Source: an uncultured Chloroflexia bacterium
GTDB taxonomy: Bacteria > Chloroflexota > Limnocylindria > Limnocylindrales > CSP1-4
NCBI GenBank assembly: GCA_963724635.1
Contig: CAVRVI010000011.1
Coordinates: 10,054-74,053 of the forward strand
Direction: 5' to 3'
Length of the DNA stretch: 64,000 bases
Part shown: positions 10,129 to 18,324 of the stretch, one piece after another
Layout: each line of letters starts with the position of its first letter
Numbering within the stretch: position 1 is the first letter of the stretch
Program-made: the position numbers and the translations under genes
The notes under the pieces: generated by a model
What the model was told of the DNA's origin: nothing
Databases searched by the model: none
Seen by the model: only the letters and a program-made list of their open reading frames with translations

Positions 10129-11514
10129 ATGCGAATCCACGCGCTCCTGCTCGCCGGAGGCGATGGCAATCGCTTCGGCGCCGATATCCCCAAGCAGTTC
10201 GTGCGCCTGGCCGGTGAGCAGATCCTCGTGCGCAGCGCGCGCGGGGTCGCGGCCGCGGGCGTCGACCGGATCGTGGTCGTCGCCCACCCCGCCTGGCTGG
10301 CCCAGACCGAGGCCGCCCTGGCGGGCGCCGGGTTGGCGATCCCGGCCATGGTCGTCGCCGGTGGGACGACGCGGAACGAGAGCACGCGCAATGGCCTCGC
10401 GAGCCTGGATGCCGCCGATGACGACATCGTGGTGGTCCACGACGCGGTCCGGCCGCTGGTTCCCGTGGACGTCGTGCGCCGCTCCATCGAACCGATCCTT
10501 GCCGGCGAGGCCGACGCGACCGACACGGTGATCCCGAGCGCCGACACCCTCGTCATCGTGGAGGACGGGCGGGTCGTGGAGATCCCGGATCGAGCCCGTT
10601 TTCGACGCGGCCAGACGCCCCAGACGTTCCGTGCCGGCATCCTGGCCCAGGCTTATGCCGCGGCCGCGGCGGCCGGCGACCTGTCGGCCACGGACGATTG
10701 CAGCCTCGTCCTGCGCTACGTGCCTGGCGTCCGGCTCGCGGCGGTCGCCGGCGACGAGGTCAACCTCAAGATCACGACCCGCATCGACATGGTGATGGCC
10801 GACCGGATGCTCCAGATGCGACTGCTGGAGTCCGACGGGGCCGGTGGGGTCGGGGGGCCGCCGCCGGCGCGCGACCTCGCGGGCGCCCGGGTGCTGGTCA
10901 TCGGCGGCACGCACGGGATCGGCGAGGCGATCGCGGCCGAAGCCGGCCGCCAGGGCGCCGCCGTCGCCGTGGATGGCCGCTCGATGGGGCTGGATGTCCG
11001 TGACCCGGACGCCGTCCGCTCGCACATGGACGCCGCCGCGACGACGCTCGGTGGATTGGATCACGTCATCTGTACGGCCGGCGTCCTGCGCATCGGGCCG
11101 GTGGCGGACGGGGACGGCGCCGACATCGCCGAGGTCATCGACGTCAACGTGACCGGCACCCTGCACGTGGCTCGGGCCGCGCATCCACATCTGTGTCGAA
11201 GCCGAGGCTCCTTCACGGCGTTCGCGTCGTCGTCGTTCACCGTGGGACGGCCGCGCTACGTGGCCTACTCCGCGAGCAAGGCCGCAGTCGTCAATCTCGT
11301 CCAGGGCCTCGCCGAGGAATGGGGCGATCAGGGCATCCGCGTGAACGCGATCAGCCCGGAACGGACGGACACGCCGATGCGCCGGCGGGCGTTCCCCGAC
11401 GAATTGCCCGAGGGCCTGCTCAGCTCCGACGAGGTCGCGGTGGCGACGCTGCGCCTCTTGACCACGGACTTGACCGGCCAGGTGCTCGACGTCCGCCGTC
11501 ATGACCCGACCTGA
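10129..11514 (+). CDS. Fused IspD/TarI-like cytidylyltransferase + SDR reductase (Bcs1/Acs1-like bifunctional CDP-alditol, probably CDP-ribitol, synthase)
   Basis: N-terminal part: MRIHALLLAGGDGNRFG..PKQF...VVHDAVRP. C-terminal part: VLVIGGTHGIGEAIA ... YSASKAAV (SDR TGxxxGxG and YxxxK). GAGGA lies 4 nt upstream of the ATG. Confidence 0.8.
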   Translation: MRIHALLLAGGDGNRFGADIPKQFVRLAGEQILVRSARGVAAAGVDRIVVVAHPAWLAQTEAALAGAGLAIPAMVVAGGTTRNESTRNGLASLDAADDDIVVVHDAVRPLVPVDVVRRSIEPILAGEADATDTVIPSADTLVIVEDGRVVEIPDRARFRRGQTPQTFRAGILAQAYAAAAAAGDLSATDDCSLVLRYVPGVRLAAVAGDEVNLKITTRIDMVMADRMLQMRLLESDGAGGVGGPPPARDLAGARVLVIGGTHGIGEAIAAEAGRQGAAVAVDGRSMGLDVRDPDAVRSHMDAAATTLGGLDHVICTAGVLRIGPVADGDGADIAEVIDVNVTGTLHVARAAHPHLCRSRGSFTAFASSSFTVGRPRYVAYSASKAAVVNLVQGLAEEWGDQGIRVNAISPERTDTPMRRRAFPDELPEGLLSSDEVAVATLRLLTTDLTGQVLDVRRHDPT

Positions 11515-11604
11515 GCCCGGCGGCGCTGGCATCATGGGCACGACGAACGATCGTGGCGACGATGGACGCGGACGACATGGACGTGGCGTGAACGGGAGGA
11601 CTCG

Positions 11605-12291
11605 ATGAAGACCGGCATGGTCGTGCTCGCCGGCGGGATCGGGAAGCGCATCGGGCGCCCGTTCCCCAAGCAGTTCCTGCTGCTGGGCGGCAAGCCCCTC
11701 ATCGTGCACGTCCTGGAGAAGGCGCGCGCCATCCCCGAGATCGAGCGCGTCGTCATCACCTGTCCGGAAGCCCACCTCGAACCGACCCGCGAGCTCATCG
11801 CGAACCATCGGCTCGGGGCGAAGTTCGAGTGCATCCTGGGTGGGTCGTCGCGCCAGGAATCGGTCTACAACGGCCTGCTTGCCCTGGACGGCGTGGACTC
11901 GGTGATCATCCACGAGGCCGTCCGGCCGCTGATCACGGTCGAGACGTTCCGGACGCTCATGGACGCCCCAGAAGAGAACGCGATGTACGGCATCCCGATC
12001 TCGTTCACCGTCATCAAGGGCCACGAGTTCGTGGAGGGCCTGCTGGACCGTGGCGAGCTGGTCAACGTGCAGCTGCCCCAGAAGTTCGACCGGGCCAAGC
12101 TCCTGACGGCGCACGAGGCGGCCCGTCGCGAGGACGCGGACTTCACCGAGGACGCCGGCCTCTTCTTCCACTACACCGGCGAGCCGGTCCGGATCCTGCC
12201 GGGCTCCGACGAGAACATCAAGATCACCGTCCCGACGGACACCGTCACGGCCGAGGCCATCTACGCCGACCTCCTGGGCCGGGGATCCTGA
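11605..12291 (+). CDS. Stand-alone IspD/TarI-like cytidylyltransferase
   Basis: MKTGMVVLAGGIGKRIG..PKQFLLLGGKP, IIHEAVRPL. GGGAGGA lies 5 nt upstream of the ATG. Confidence 0.85.
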   Translation: MKTGMVVLAGGIGKRIGRPFPKQFLLLGGKPLIVHVLEKARAIPEIERVVITCPEAHLEPTRELIANHRLGAKFECILGGSSRQESVYNGLLALDGVDSVIIHEAVRPLITVETFRTLMDAPEENAMYGIPISFTVIKGHEFVEGLLDRGELVNVQLPQKFDRAKLLTAHEAARREDADFTEDAGLFFHYTGEPVRILPGSDENIKITVPTDTVTAEAIYADLLGRGS

Positions 12292-12295
12292 GCCG

Positions 12296-13003
12296 ATGGG
12301 CAAGACCGTCGTCATCACCGGAGCCAGCCAGGGGATCGGCCGGGCGGCCGCCATCCGGATGTGCCACGAGCCGGGTGTCAGCGCCATCGTCCTGATCGCC
12401 CGAAGCGCGAGCGGCCTGGAGGAGACCGTCGCGACGATGCAGCCCGAGCCGGGCGTGACGGTCCGCTGCATCCCCTACGACCTGTCCGACCTCGATGGCA
12501 TCCCGGCGCTGGTCAAGGACATCCACGACGAGTTCGGCACGCTCGACATCCTGCTCAACATCGCGGGCTACGCCGAGCCCAAGTCGCTCCTGGACACGAC
12601 CGCCGACAACCTCGTGACCACGTTCACGATCAACGTCTTCGCGATGCTGCTGCTGACGCGCGAGTTCGTGCGCTACATGCAGGGACGACCGGCCAAGATC
12701 CTCAACATCGCGTCCACGGCCGGGATCACGTCCCGACCGGGCTGGGTCGCCTACGCGGCCTCCAAGGCGGCGGTCGTCTCGCTTTCGGGGACGCTCGCCG
12801 ACGAGTTGGCGGGCACCGGGATCAAGGTCTACAGCATCTCGCCCGGTCGGACCGCGACGGAGCTTCGGCGCATCCTCGCGCCCGACGAGGATCCGTCCAA
12901 GATCATGCAGCCGAGCGCGGTGGCCGAGGTGATCGCCACGCTCATGCGCGACGACGAACGGACGCTGGACGGCCAGAACATCATCGTCCGCCAGCAGGCC
13001 TGA
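12296..13003 (+). CDS. Short-chain dehydrogenase/reductase (SDR), likely partner reductase of 11605..12291
   Basis: VVITGASQGIGRAAA, NIAG, YAASKAAV. The gap to the upstream gene is 4 nt. Confidence 0.85.
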   Translation: MGKTVVITGASQGIGRAAAIRMCHEPGVSAIVLIARSASGLEETVATMQPEPGVTVRCIPYDLSDLDGIPALVKDIHDEFGTLDILLNIAGYAEPKSLLDTTADNLVTTFTINVFAMLLLTREFVRYMQGRPAKILNIASTAGITSRPGWVAYAASKAAVVSLSGTLADELAGTGIKVYSISPGRTATELRRILAPDEDPSKIMQPSAVAEVIATLMRDDERTLDGQNIIVRQQA

Positions 13004-13010
13004 GCCCCGC

Positions 13011-14191
13011 GTGGGCCGCGTCGAATACCTGCTCGCGAGTACGCTGCTGCGGATCGTGGGGGCGGTCTTCGGGCTCCTCCCGCTGCGATCGGAACGGATC
13101 GTCCTGGCGACCGCGCGGGTCCCGATCCTGGACGGCAACCTCGCGGCCATCCATGACGCCATCGTCGCCCGGTATCCCGACCGCCCGGTGACCCTGCTCC
13201 TGGAGCCTTACAGCTACGGCCTGCGCGGCAAGCTGGCCTACCTGGTCCGCCTGGTGCGCGGGATGTACCACCTGCGCACGGCCGGCCTGTTCGTCGTGGA
13301 CAACGCGTATCTGCCCATTCACGTCGCGCCGCATCGGGCGGGCACGACCGTCGTCCAGGTCTGGCACGCCGTCGCGGCGCTCAAGCGGTTCGGGTTGGAC
13401 GCCCTGACCCCGCCAGCCGACCCGGAGCGTCGGTTCCTCCACCGCCACTACGACTGTCGTCGTGCTGCACGGCCGAACGGTCGCGCCTCCCGTGGTCCGC
13501 CGCATTCGGCGTGTCCGCCGACAACGTCCTGCCGCTGGGCACGCCCCGAACGGATCGGTTCGCCGACGCGGCCGGGCTGGATGCCACCCGTTCCCGCGTC
13601 CTCGAGGCGCATCCGGATCTGCGCGACCGGCGGGTCGTGCTCTACGCGCCGACGTTCCGCGGGCGAGGGGCCGAGAAACGGGCCTCCGGCGATCTCGACG
13701 GCACCGCGCTGCGGGCCGCCCTGCCGGCCGACCACCTGCTCGTCCTCAAGACGCACCCGAACCTGGATCCCGCCGCGACGGACGTGGCCGGCTTCGACCT
13801 CGTCATCGACCCGACGACCGAGATCAACGACCTGCTCACCGCGACCGATGTCCTGATCACGGACTACTCGTCATCCATCTTCGAGTGGGCGCTGTTGCGT
13901 CGCCCGCTCGTCCTGCTCGTCCCGGACCTGGAGGCGTACGAAGCGGATCCGGGTATCTACCTGGATTACCGGACCGAGATGATCGGCGACCAGGTCCTCG
14001 ACACCGCCGGGGTCGCGGCGGCCGTCCTGACCGCCGTGGTCGACGAACCGGCGTGGGACGCCTTCATCGAGCGCCATCTCGGCACCGACATCGGCCATGC
14101 GAGCGAGCGGTTCGTCGAGCGGTTCGTCACCCCGTCAGGGGCCGGCGATGGTCGAAGTGGTACCCTTCCGCGCGATGTCCGCCACGAGTGA
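13011..14191 (+). pseudogene. TagF-family phosphotransferase, short form, two successive +1 frame changes near 13455 and 13490 as sequenced
   Basis: ORF 13011..13856 carries FVVDNAYLPIHV and VQVWHAVAALKRFG up to HRHYD. Frame +1 gives VVVLHGRTVAPP. Frame +2 (ORF 13511..14191) gives WSAAFGVSADNVLPLGTPRTD, VLYAPTFRG, LITDYSSSIFEWALLRRPLVLLVPDLEAYE. Confidence 0.75.
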
Positions 14192-15068
14192 AGTACCGGC
14201 CGCGTACCGGAACACGGCCGGTGACCCGGGCGCGGTCCGCCTGATCCGCGAGGGCATCGATGACGTCCGGTCGCGACGTCGACTGGTCCGCTACCTGGTC
14301 GTCGCGGACATGCGCAAGCGGGGCGCGGACACGCTCCTGGGCAACCTCTGGTGGGTCATCGACCCGCTCCTCCAGATGGTCGTCTACGTCGTCCTCGTCA
14401 CGCTGATCGCCCGCGGCCGCACCATCGACGACTATCCGCTCTTCATCTTCGCGGCGATCCTGCCGTGGAAGTGGTTCACGGCCTCGATCGGAGACGCCAC
14501 CACGTCCGTGGCCTCACAGGATCGGCTGATCAAGCAGATCGCGTTCCCCAAGATCGTGCTGCCGGTCGCGGCGACCGTGGCGGGCGTGGTCGGATTCGCG
14601 TTCGGGCTCATCCCGCTGTTCGGGCTGATGCTGTTCACGCCCGACCGGATCACGCGTCTGGCTGCTGCTGCATCCCGGTCATCGCCGGGGTCCAGTTCAT
14701 CTTCACGCCAGGCGATGGCCCTGTTGGTCGCCGCGGGCAACGTGTTCTTCCGCGACCTCGGCAATGTCGCCAGACACGTCCTGCGGTTGTGGTTCTACCT
14801 GTCGCCCGGGTTGTACAGCCTGGCCGTCCTCGAGGAGGTGAACATCCTCAAGGAATTCCCGATCCTGCGGACGATCCTGCTGCTCAATCCGTTCGCGATC
14901 CTGTTCGAGGCCTATCGCACGGTGATCTGGGGGACCTCGCCGAACGGCCCGCCGACCTCGCCGGACTGGCTGTCGCTCGCCCTGCTCGCCGTGGGCAGCA
15001 CGTTCTTCCTGGCGCTCGCGACGGTCGTGTTCAAGCGCCTCGAACCGAACTTCGCGAAGGTCCTCTGA
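14148..15068 (+). CDS. tagG: ABC-2 type polymer-export permease (TagG/Wzm-like); the ORF is intact but 14648-14716 reads as an anomalous Ser-rich patch
   Basis: LLGNLWWVIDPLLQMVVYVVLV, LFIFAAILPWKWF, NVFFRDL, LNPFAILFEAYR. The start is uncertain (14148 or 14175). The stop overlaps the tagH ATG (TGATG). Confidence 0.8.
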   Translation: MVEVVPFRAMSATSEVPAAYRNTAGDPGAVRLIREGIDDVRSRRRLVRYLVVADMRKRGADTLLGNLWWVIDPLLQMVVYVVLVTLIARGRTIDDYPLFIFAAILPWKWFTASIGDATTSVASQDRLIKQIAFPKIVLPVAATVAGVVGFAFGLIPLFGLMLFTPDRITRLAAAASRSSPGSSSSSRQAMALLVAAGNVFFRDLGNVARHVLRLWFYLSPGLYSLAVLEEVNILKEFPILRTILLLNPFAILFEAYRTVIWGTSPNGPPTSPDWLSLALLAVGSTFFLALATVVFKRLEPNFAKVL

Positions 15069-15913
15069 TGAGCCTCGAGACGACCGCCCCCCCGCCCACC
15101 TTCCAGCGCGGGGCCGAGTACGCCATCCGGGCCGATGACTTGGGCGTCCGCTACGACCTGCGCTTCACCAAGAAGACCAAGCTCAGCCGCTCGCTCGGGC
15201 AGATGCTGGGTCGCGGCCAGCACGAGCAGTTCTGGGCACTCCGCAACGTGTCGCTCCGCCTGTTGCAGGGTGAATCGCTCGCCGTGATCGGGCCGAACGG
15301 GGCGGGCAAGAGCACGTTGCTCCAGGTGCTCGCCGGGATCATCCGGCCGTCCGAGGGCTCGGTCGATGTCCATGGACACGTGTCCGGCCTGCTGACGCTG
15401 GGCGCCGGCTTCGACCAGGAGCTGACCGGCCGCGACAACATCCTGCTGGGCGGGGCGTTCCTCGGGCTCGACGACGCCGTCACCCGCGAACTCCTGCCGT
15501 CGATCATCGCGTACGCGGAGCTCGGCGACTTCATCGACGCCCCGATCAAGACCTACTCGTCGGGCATGCGGGCACGGCTCGGGTTCGCCATCGCGACCTC
15601 GGTCAACCCGGACATCCTGCTCCTCGATGAGGTCCTCGCGACCGGCGACGCCTCGTTCCGGGCGAAGTCGAAGGCGCGCGTCATCGAGATCGTGCAGGCG
15701 GCCAAGGCGGTGGTCCTCGTCACGCACGACATGGCCTGGGTCACCGAGTACTGCAACCGCGCGTTGCTCATCGAAAAGGGCCGCGTGATCATGGAAGGCG
15801 ACCCGGCGACCGTGGTCGAGCTGCACCAGACGCACATGGAAGAGGCGCGTGCCGCCAAGATCGCCGCGGCCGAGGCCGCCGGCATGGATCCGCGGATCGT
15901 CAAGACGCGCTAG
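15068..15913 (+). CDS. tagH: ABC polymer-export ATP-binding protein (TagH/Wzt-like)
   Basis: Walker A GPNGAGKSTLL, signature YSSGMRARLGFA, Walker B ILLLDEVLATGD. Confidence 0.9.
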   Translation: MSLETTAPPPTFQRGAEYAIRADDLGVRYDLRFTKKTKLSRSLGQMLGRGQHEQFWALRNVSLRLLQGESLAVIGPNGAGKSTLLQVLAGIIRPSEGSVDVHGHVSGLLTLGAGFDQELTGRDNILLGGAFLGLDDAVTRELLPSIIAYAELGDFIDAPIKTYSSGMRARLGFAIATSVNPDILLLDEVLATGDASFRAKSKARVIEIVQAAKAVVLVTHDMAWVTEYCNRALLIEKGRVIMEGDPATVVELHQTHMEEARAAKIAAAEAAGMDPRIVKTR

Positions 15914-15955
15914 GGGCCTGCAGCGGGCGGCGCCGATCCGGCTCGCGTCGGCCCC

Positions 15956-16146
15956 ATGGCTCGGAGCCATCGATCCCGCGCAGAACGCCCTCGACAACAC
16001 CGCGGTGGCCACGCTTGTGGTCCAACCATGGCTCGCAGCCAAGCCGAGGACTGGGAATGGCATCGGCGGCGCCTCAGGCTGGTCGAAGGCGTCGATCAGG
16101 TTTGCGGGATCGACCGTTCGCGCCGGAATCGATGGCTCGCAGCCAT
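15956..16146. repeat. Three copies of a 15-nt palindrome ATGGCTCGSAGCCAT in the convergent intergenic region
   Basis: 15956-15970 is ATGGCTCGGAGCCAT (perfect 7+1+7). 16028-16042 is ATGGCTCGCAGCCAA. 16132-16146 is ATGGCTCGCAGCCAT. Confidence 0.6.
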
Positions 16147-16148
16147 CA

Positions 16149-16190
16149 GGGGACGGATCGGCGGGGACGGATGGGCGGGGACGGATAGGC
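16149..16190. repeat. 3 x 14-nt perfect-phase tandem repeat GGGGACGGATNGGC
   Basis: The units are GGGGACGGATCGGC, GGGGACGGATGGGC and GGGGACGGATAGGC. They differ only at position 11. Confidence 0.8.
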
Positions 16191-16228
16191 CGGCGGAAAC
16201 GACGAAGCGCAGCGCCCGCCCGCGCGGC

Positions 16229-16955
16229 TCAGCGGCGGCGCAGGATCCCGAGCAGGAGCCCCAGGCCGGCGCCCAGCGCCAGCGCGCCGCGCCAGTCGAG
16301 GAACGGCCGGACGTTGCCGTCCACCTGGCGGGCGATGAGGATCCCGACGGCGGTCGTGCGCTCGATGGTCACCTGCATGGCGGCCATCGTCCCGACGGCG
16401 GTCTGCTCGATCCGGGCTTCGCGCGCCAGCACGGATCGCACGTAGGCCTGCTGCACTCGAGCCTCGCCCGCGACCGCGATGCCCATCGCGCCCATCTCGA
16501 GGGACACGCGCTCGCCGCGCGCCAGGCCGATCCCGCCCTGGCTGACCGCGATATCGGTCGCCTGCGCCTGGCCGATGCCACCCTGGGTCACGTCGATCGC
16601 GCCGCCCTCGGCCTGGCCGATCCCGCCCTGGGTGATGGAGATGGTCTGGGCCTGTCGCCGACTCCATGCCGCCCTGGGTGATGGTCAGGTCGCGCAGCGG
16701 ACCGGACTCGGTCGCCCCCGGGATCGCCTCGGGGGCCGGCACGTCGAAGACGGCGATGGCCGACGACGCGGCGGCGGCGGTCACCTCCGGCCCATCGGAC
16801 GGAGGCTCTGCGGCGGCCTTGGCCGCGCTGGGCGGCCGGGGACGCGTGGGCTTGCCGACCGTGGTGGCCCGGGCGCGGGTCACCTTCGGCTTGGCGGGCG
16901 TGGGGTCCTCGGTCGCGTCGTTCGTGCCCTGGTGGGCGGGCTGCTCATCGTTCAT
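16229..16955 (-). pseudogene. Tail-anchored protein with about eight 15-residue (I/V)xhTQGGIGxAxAxx repeats; one frameshift near 16645-16655 as sequenced
   Basis: The N-terminal disordered part (MNDEQPAHQGT...PLRDLTITQGGMESAT) is in ORF 16146..16955. The continuation (ISITQGGIGQAEGGAIDVTQGGIGQAQATDIAVSQGGIGLARGER...) is in ORF 16229..16591 and ends in the TM segment GALALGAGLGLLLGILRRR. Confidence 0.55.
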
Positions 16956-17084
16956 CGTGGGGCTAGCCTACTCCGCCGGGACCCTCTCGCGCGACCGCGG
17001 TATCCTGCGCCGAGCGTTCGAGTCACTCCACCTCACCGATGCGATCCGGACCGTCGAACGCTACGGATCGCGTGGAGTCCGAGC

Positions 17085-18305
17085 GTGCGTGGATCGACGG
17101 GATGGGGCGTGGTCCGGTTCGCCCTCGCGAGCGGTCTGCTGATCGCTGCGGTCGCGGCCTGCGGCGAGTCCGGCCCCACGCCGGTCCCCTCCGTGGCCGT
17201 CGTCTCGGCCACCGCCACGTCCACGCCGACGCCCACGCCTGCGCCGTCGCCCACGCCCACGGCGACGCCCGAACCCACACCGACGCCGGAACCGACGCCC
17301 ACGCCAACGCCCACACCCACGCCCACACCCGCGCCGGTCGCGGCCCCCCTGACCGGGGAGCTGGTCCCGCCGAGTGTCGCCAAGCGGCATCCGATCGCCG
17401 TGATGATCGACGACATCCGGGCCGCGCGGCCGCAATCGGGCCTGCACCTGGCGGACGTGGTGTGGCACGCCCCGGCCGAAGGCGGCATCCCGCGCTACAT
17501 GGCGATCTTCCAGTCGCGCCTCCCGTCCTCGATCGGGCCAGTCCGCAGCGCCCGCTCCTACTACATCGCCTGGGCGGCCGAATGGAAGGCGCTGTACGCC
17601 CATTCCGGCGGATCGCCCCAGGCGCTCGCGACGCTCCGGTCCAAGGGCAACGGCCAGTATGTCTACGACGCCAACGAATACCGGTATGGCGGGCGTTACT
17701 TCCATCGCACCAGGGACCGGCGCTCGCCACACAATGTCTACACGGACGGCAAGACCCTGCGCAAGCTGGCCAAGGCCCGCGGCGCCAAGGACAAGGCGTA
17801 CGAGCCGGTCTGGTCGTTCGCGACCGATGCGCCGCTCGAGGCTCGGCCCTACGGCGGCTCCATCAAGGTCCGCTATCCGCAGAACACGATCACGTACCGC
17901 TACGCCCGCACCACGAACACGTACAAGCGCTCGGTCACGGGCGAGGGCAAGCAGTTCGATGCGGCGGACGGCGAGCGGGTCGAACCGAAGAACGTCGTCG
18001 TGATGTGGGTCAACTTCACGCCCATCGGCGACCGGAAGCATCGGCTGGAGGCGGACCTCATCGGCAGCGGCAAGGCCTCGGTCTTCACGAACGGACGACG
18101 CGTCGACGGGACCTGGAAGAAGACGAGCACGACCAAGCCGACACTCTTCTACGACAAGTCCGGCGAACCGATCCCGCTCACGGTCGGCCAGACGTTCATC
18201 CAGGTCATCCCACGTACGTACAAGATCGCGGTCGTGGCCTCGTCCGACACGCCGCCCGCCACCCCGTCCCCGTCGGCGTCGGCCGCGGCCAGCCCGACCC
18301 CGTGA
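17085..18305 (+). CDS. DUF3048 (YerB-like) lipoprotein with a PT-rich linker
   Basis: Lipobox LLIAAVAAC, PT linker encoded at about 17215-17340, then HPIAVMIDD, GGIPRYMAIF, VRSARSYY. The GTG start is at 17085 or 17109. Confidence 0.8.
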   Translation: MRGSTGWGVVRFALASGLLIAAVAACGESGPTPVPSVAVVSATATSTPTPTPAPSPTPTATPEPTPTPEPTPTPTPTPTPTPAPVAAPLTGELVPPSVAKRHPIAVMIDDIRAARPQSGLHLADVVWHAPAEGGIPRYMAIFQSRLPSSIGPVRSARSYYIAWAAEWKALYAHSGGSPQALATLRSKGNGQYVYDANEYRYGGRYFHRTRDRRSPHNVYTDGKTLRKLAKARGAKDKAYEPVWSFATDAPLEARPYGGSIKVRYPQNTITYRYARTTNTYKRSVTGEGKQFDAADGERVEPKNVVVMWVNFTPIGDRKHRLEADLIGSGKASVFTNGRRVDGTWKKTSTTKPTLFYDKSGEPIPLTVGQTFIQVIPRTYKIAVVASSDTPPATPSPSASAAASPTP

Positions 18306-18321
18306 GCGCGGCGCCCCGCGC
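18306..18321. terminator. GC hairpin (GCGCGG-CGCC-CCGCGC) between convergent genes
   Basis: 6-bp stem and 4-nt loop, lying between the stop at 18303-18305 (+) and the stop at 18325-18327 (-). There is no U-tract. Confidence 0.3.
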
Positions 18322-18324
18322 GGC

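Noticed and set aside
6576-10640. A 1354-aa ORF suggesting a giant TagF-like protein.
   Set aside because: Only the last 545 codons (from ATG 8213) are TagF-like. The upstream ~800 codons are low-complexity Arg/Pro/Gly/Ala translation, out of frame with the real gene 8210..10030 and antisense to part of 10129..11514.
16149-16190. Tandem repeats considered as a possible CRISPR array or minisatellite locus.
   Set aside because: There are only three directly abutting 14-nt units with no spacers, and no cas genes occur anywhere in the window. I kept it as a simple tandem-repeat finding instead.
17215-17340. Highly repetitive ACGCC/CCCAC-rich DNA.
   Set aside because: It is in frame within the DUF3048 lipoprotein and encodes a (T/E)P-rich linker (TPTPTPAPSPTPTATPEPTPTPEPTPTP...). 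It is a coding low-complexity linker, not a mobile or regulatory repeat.
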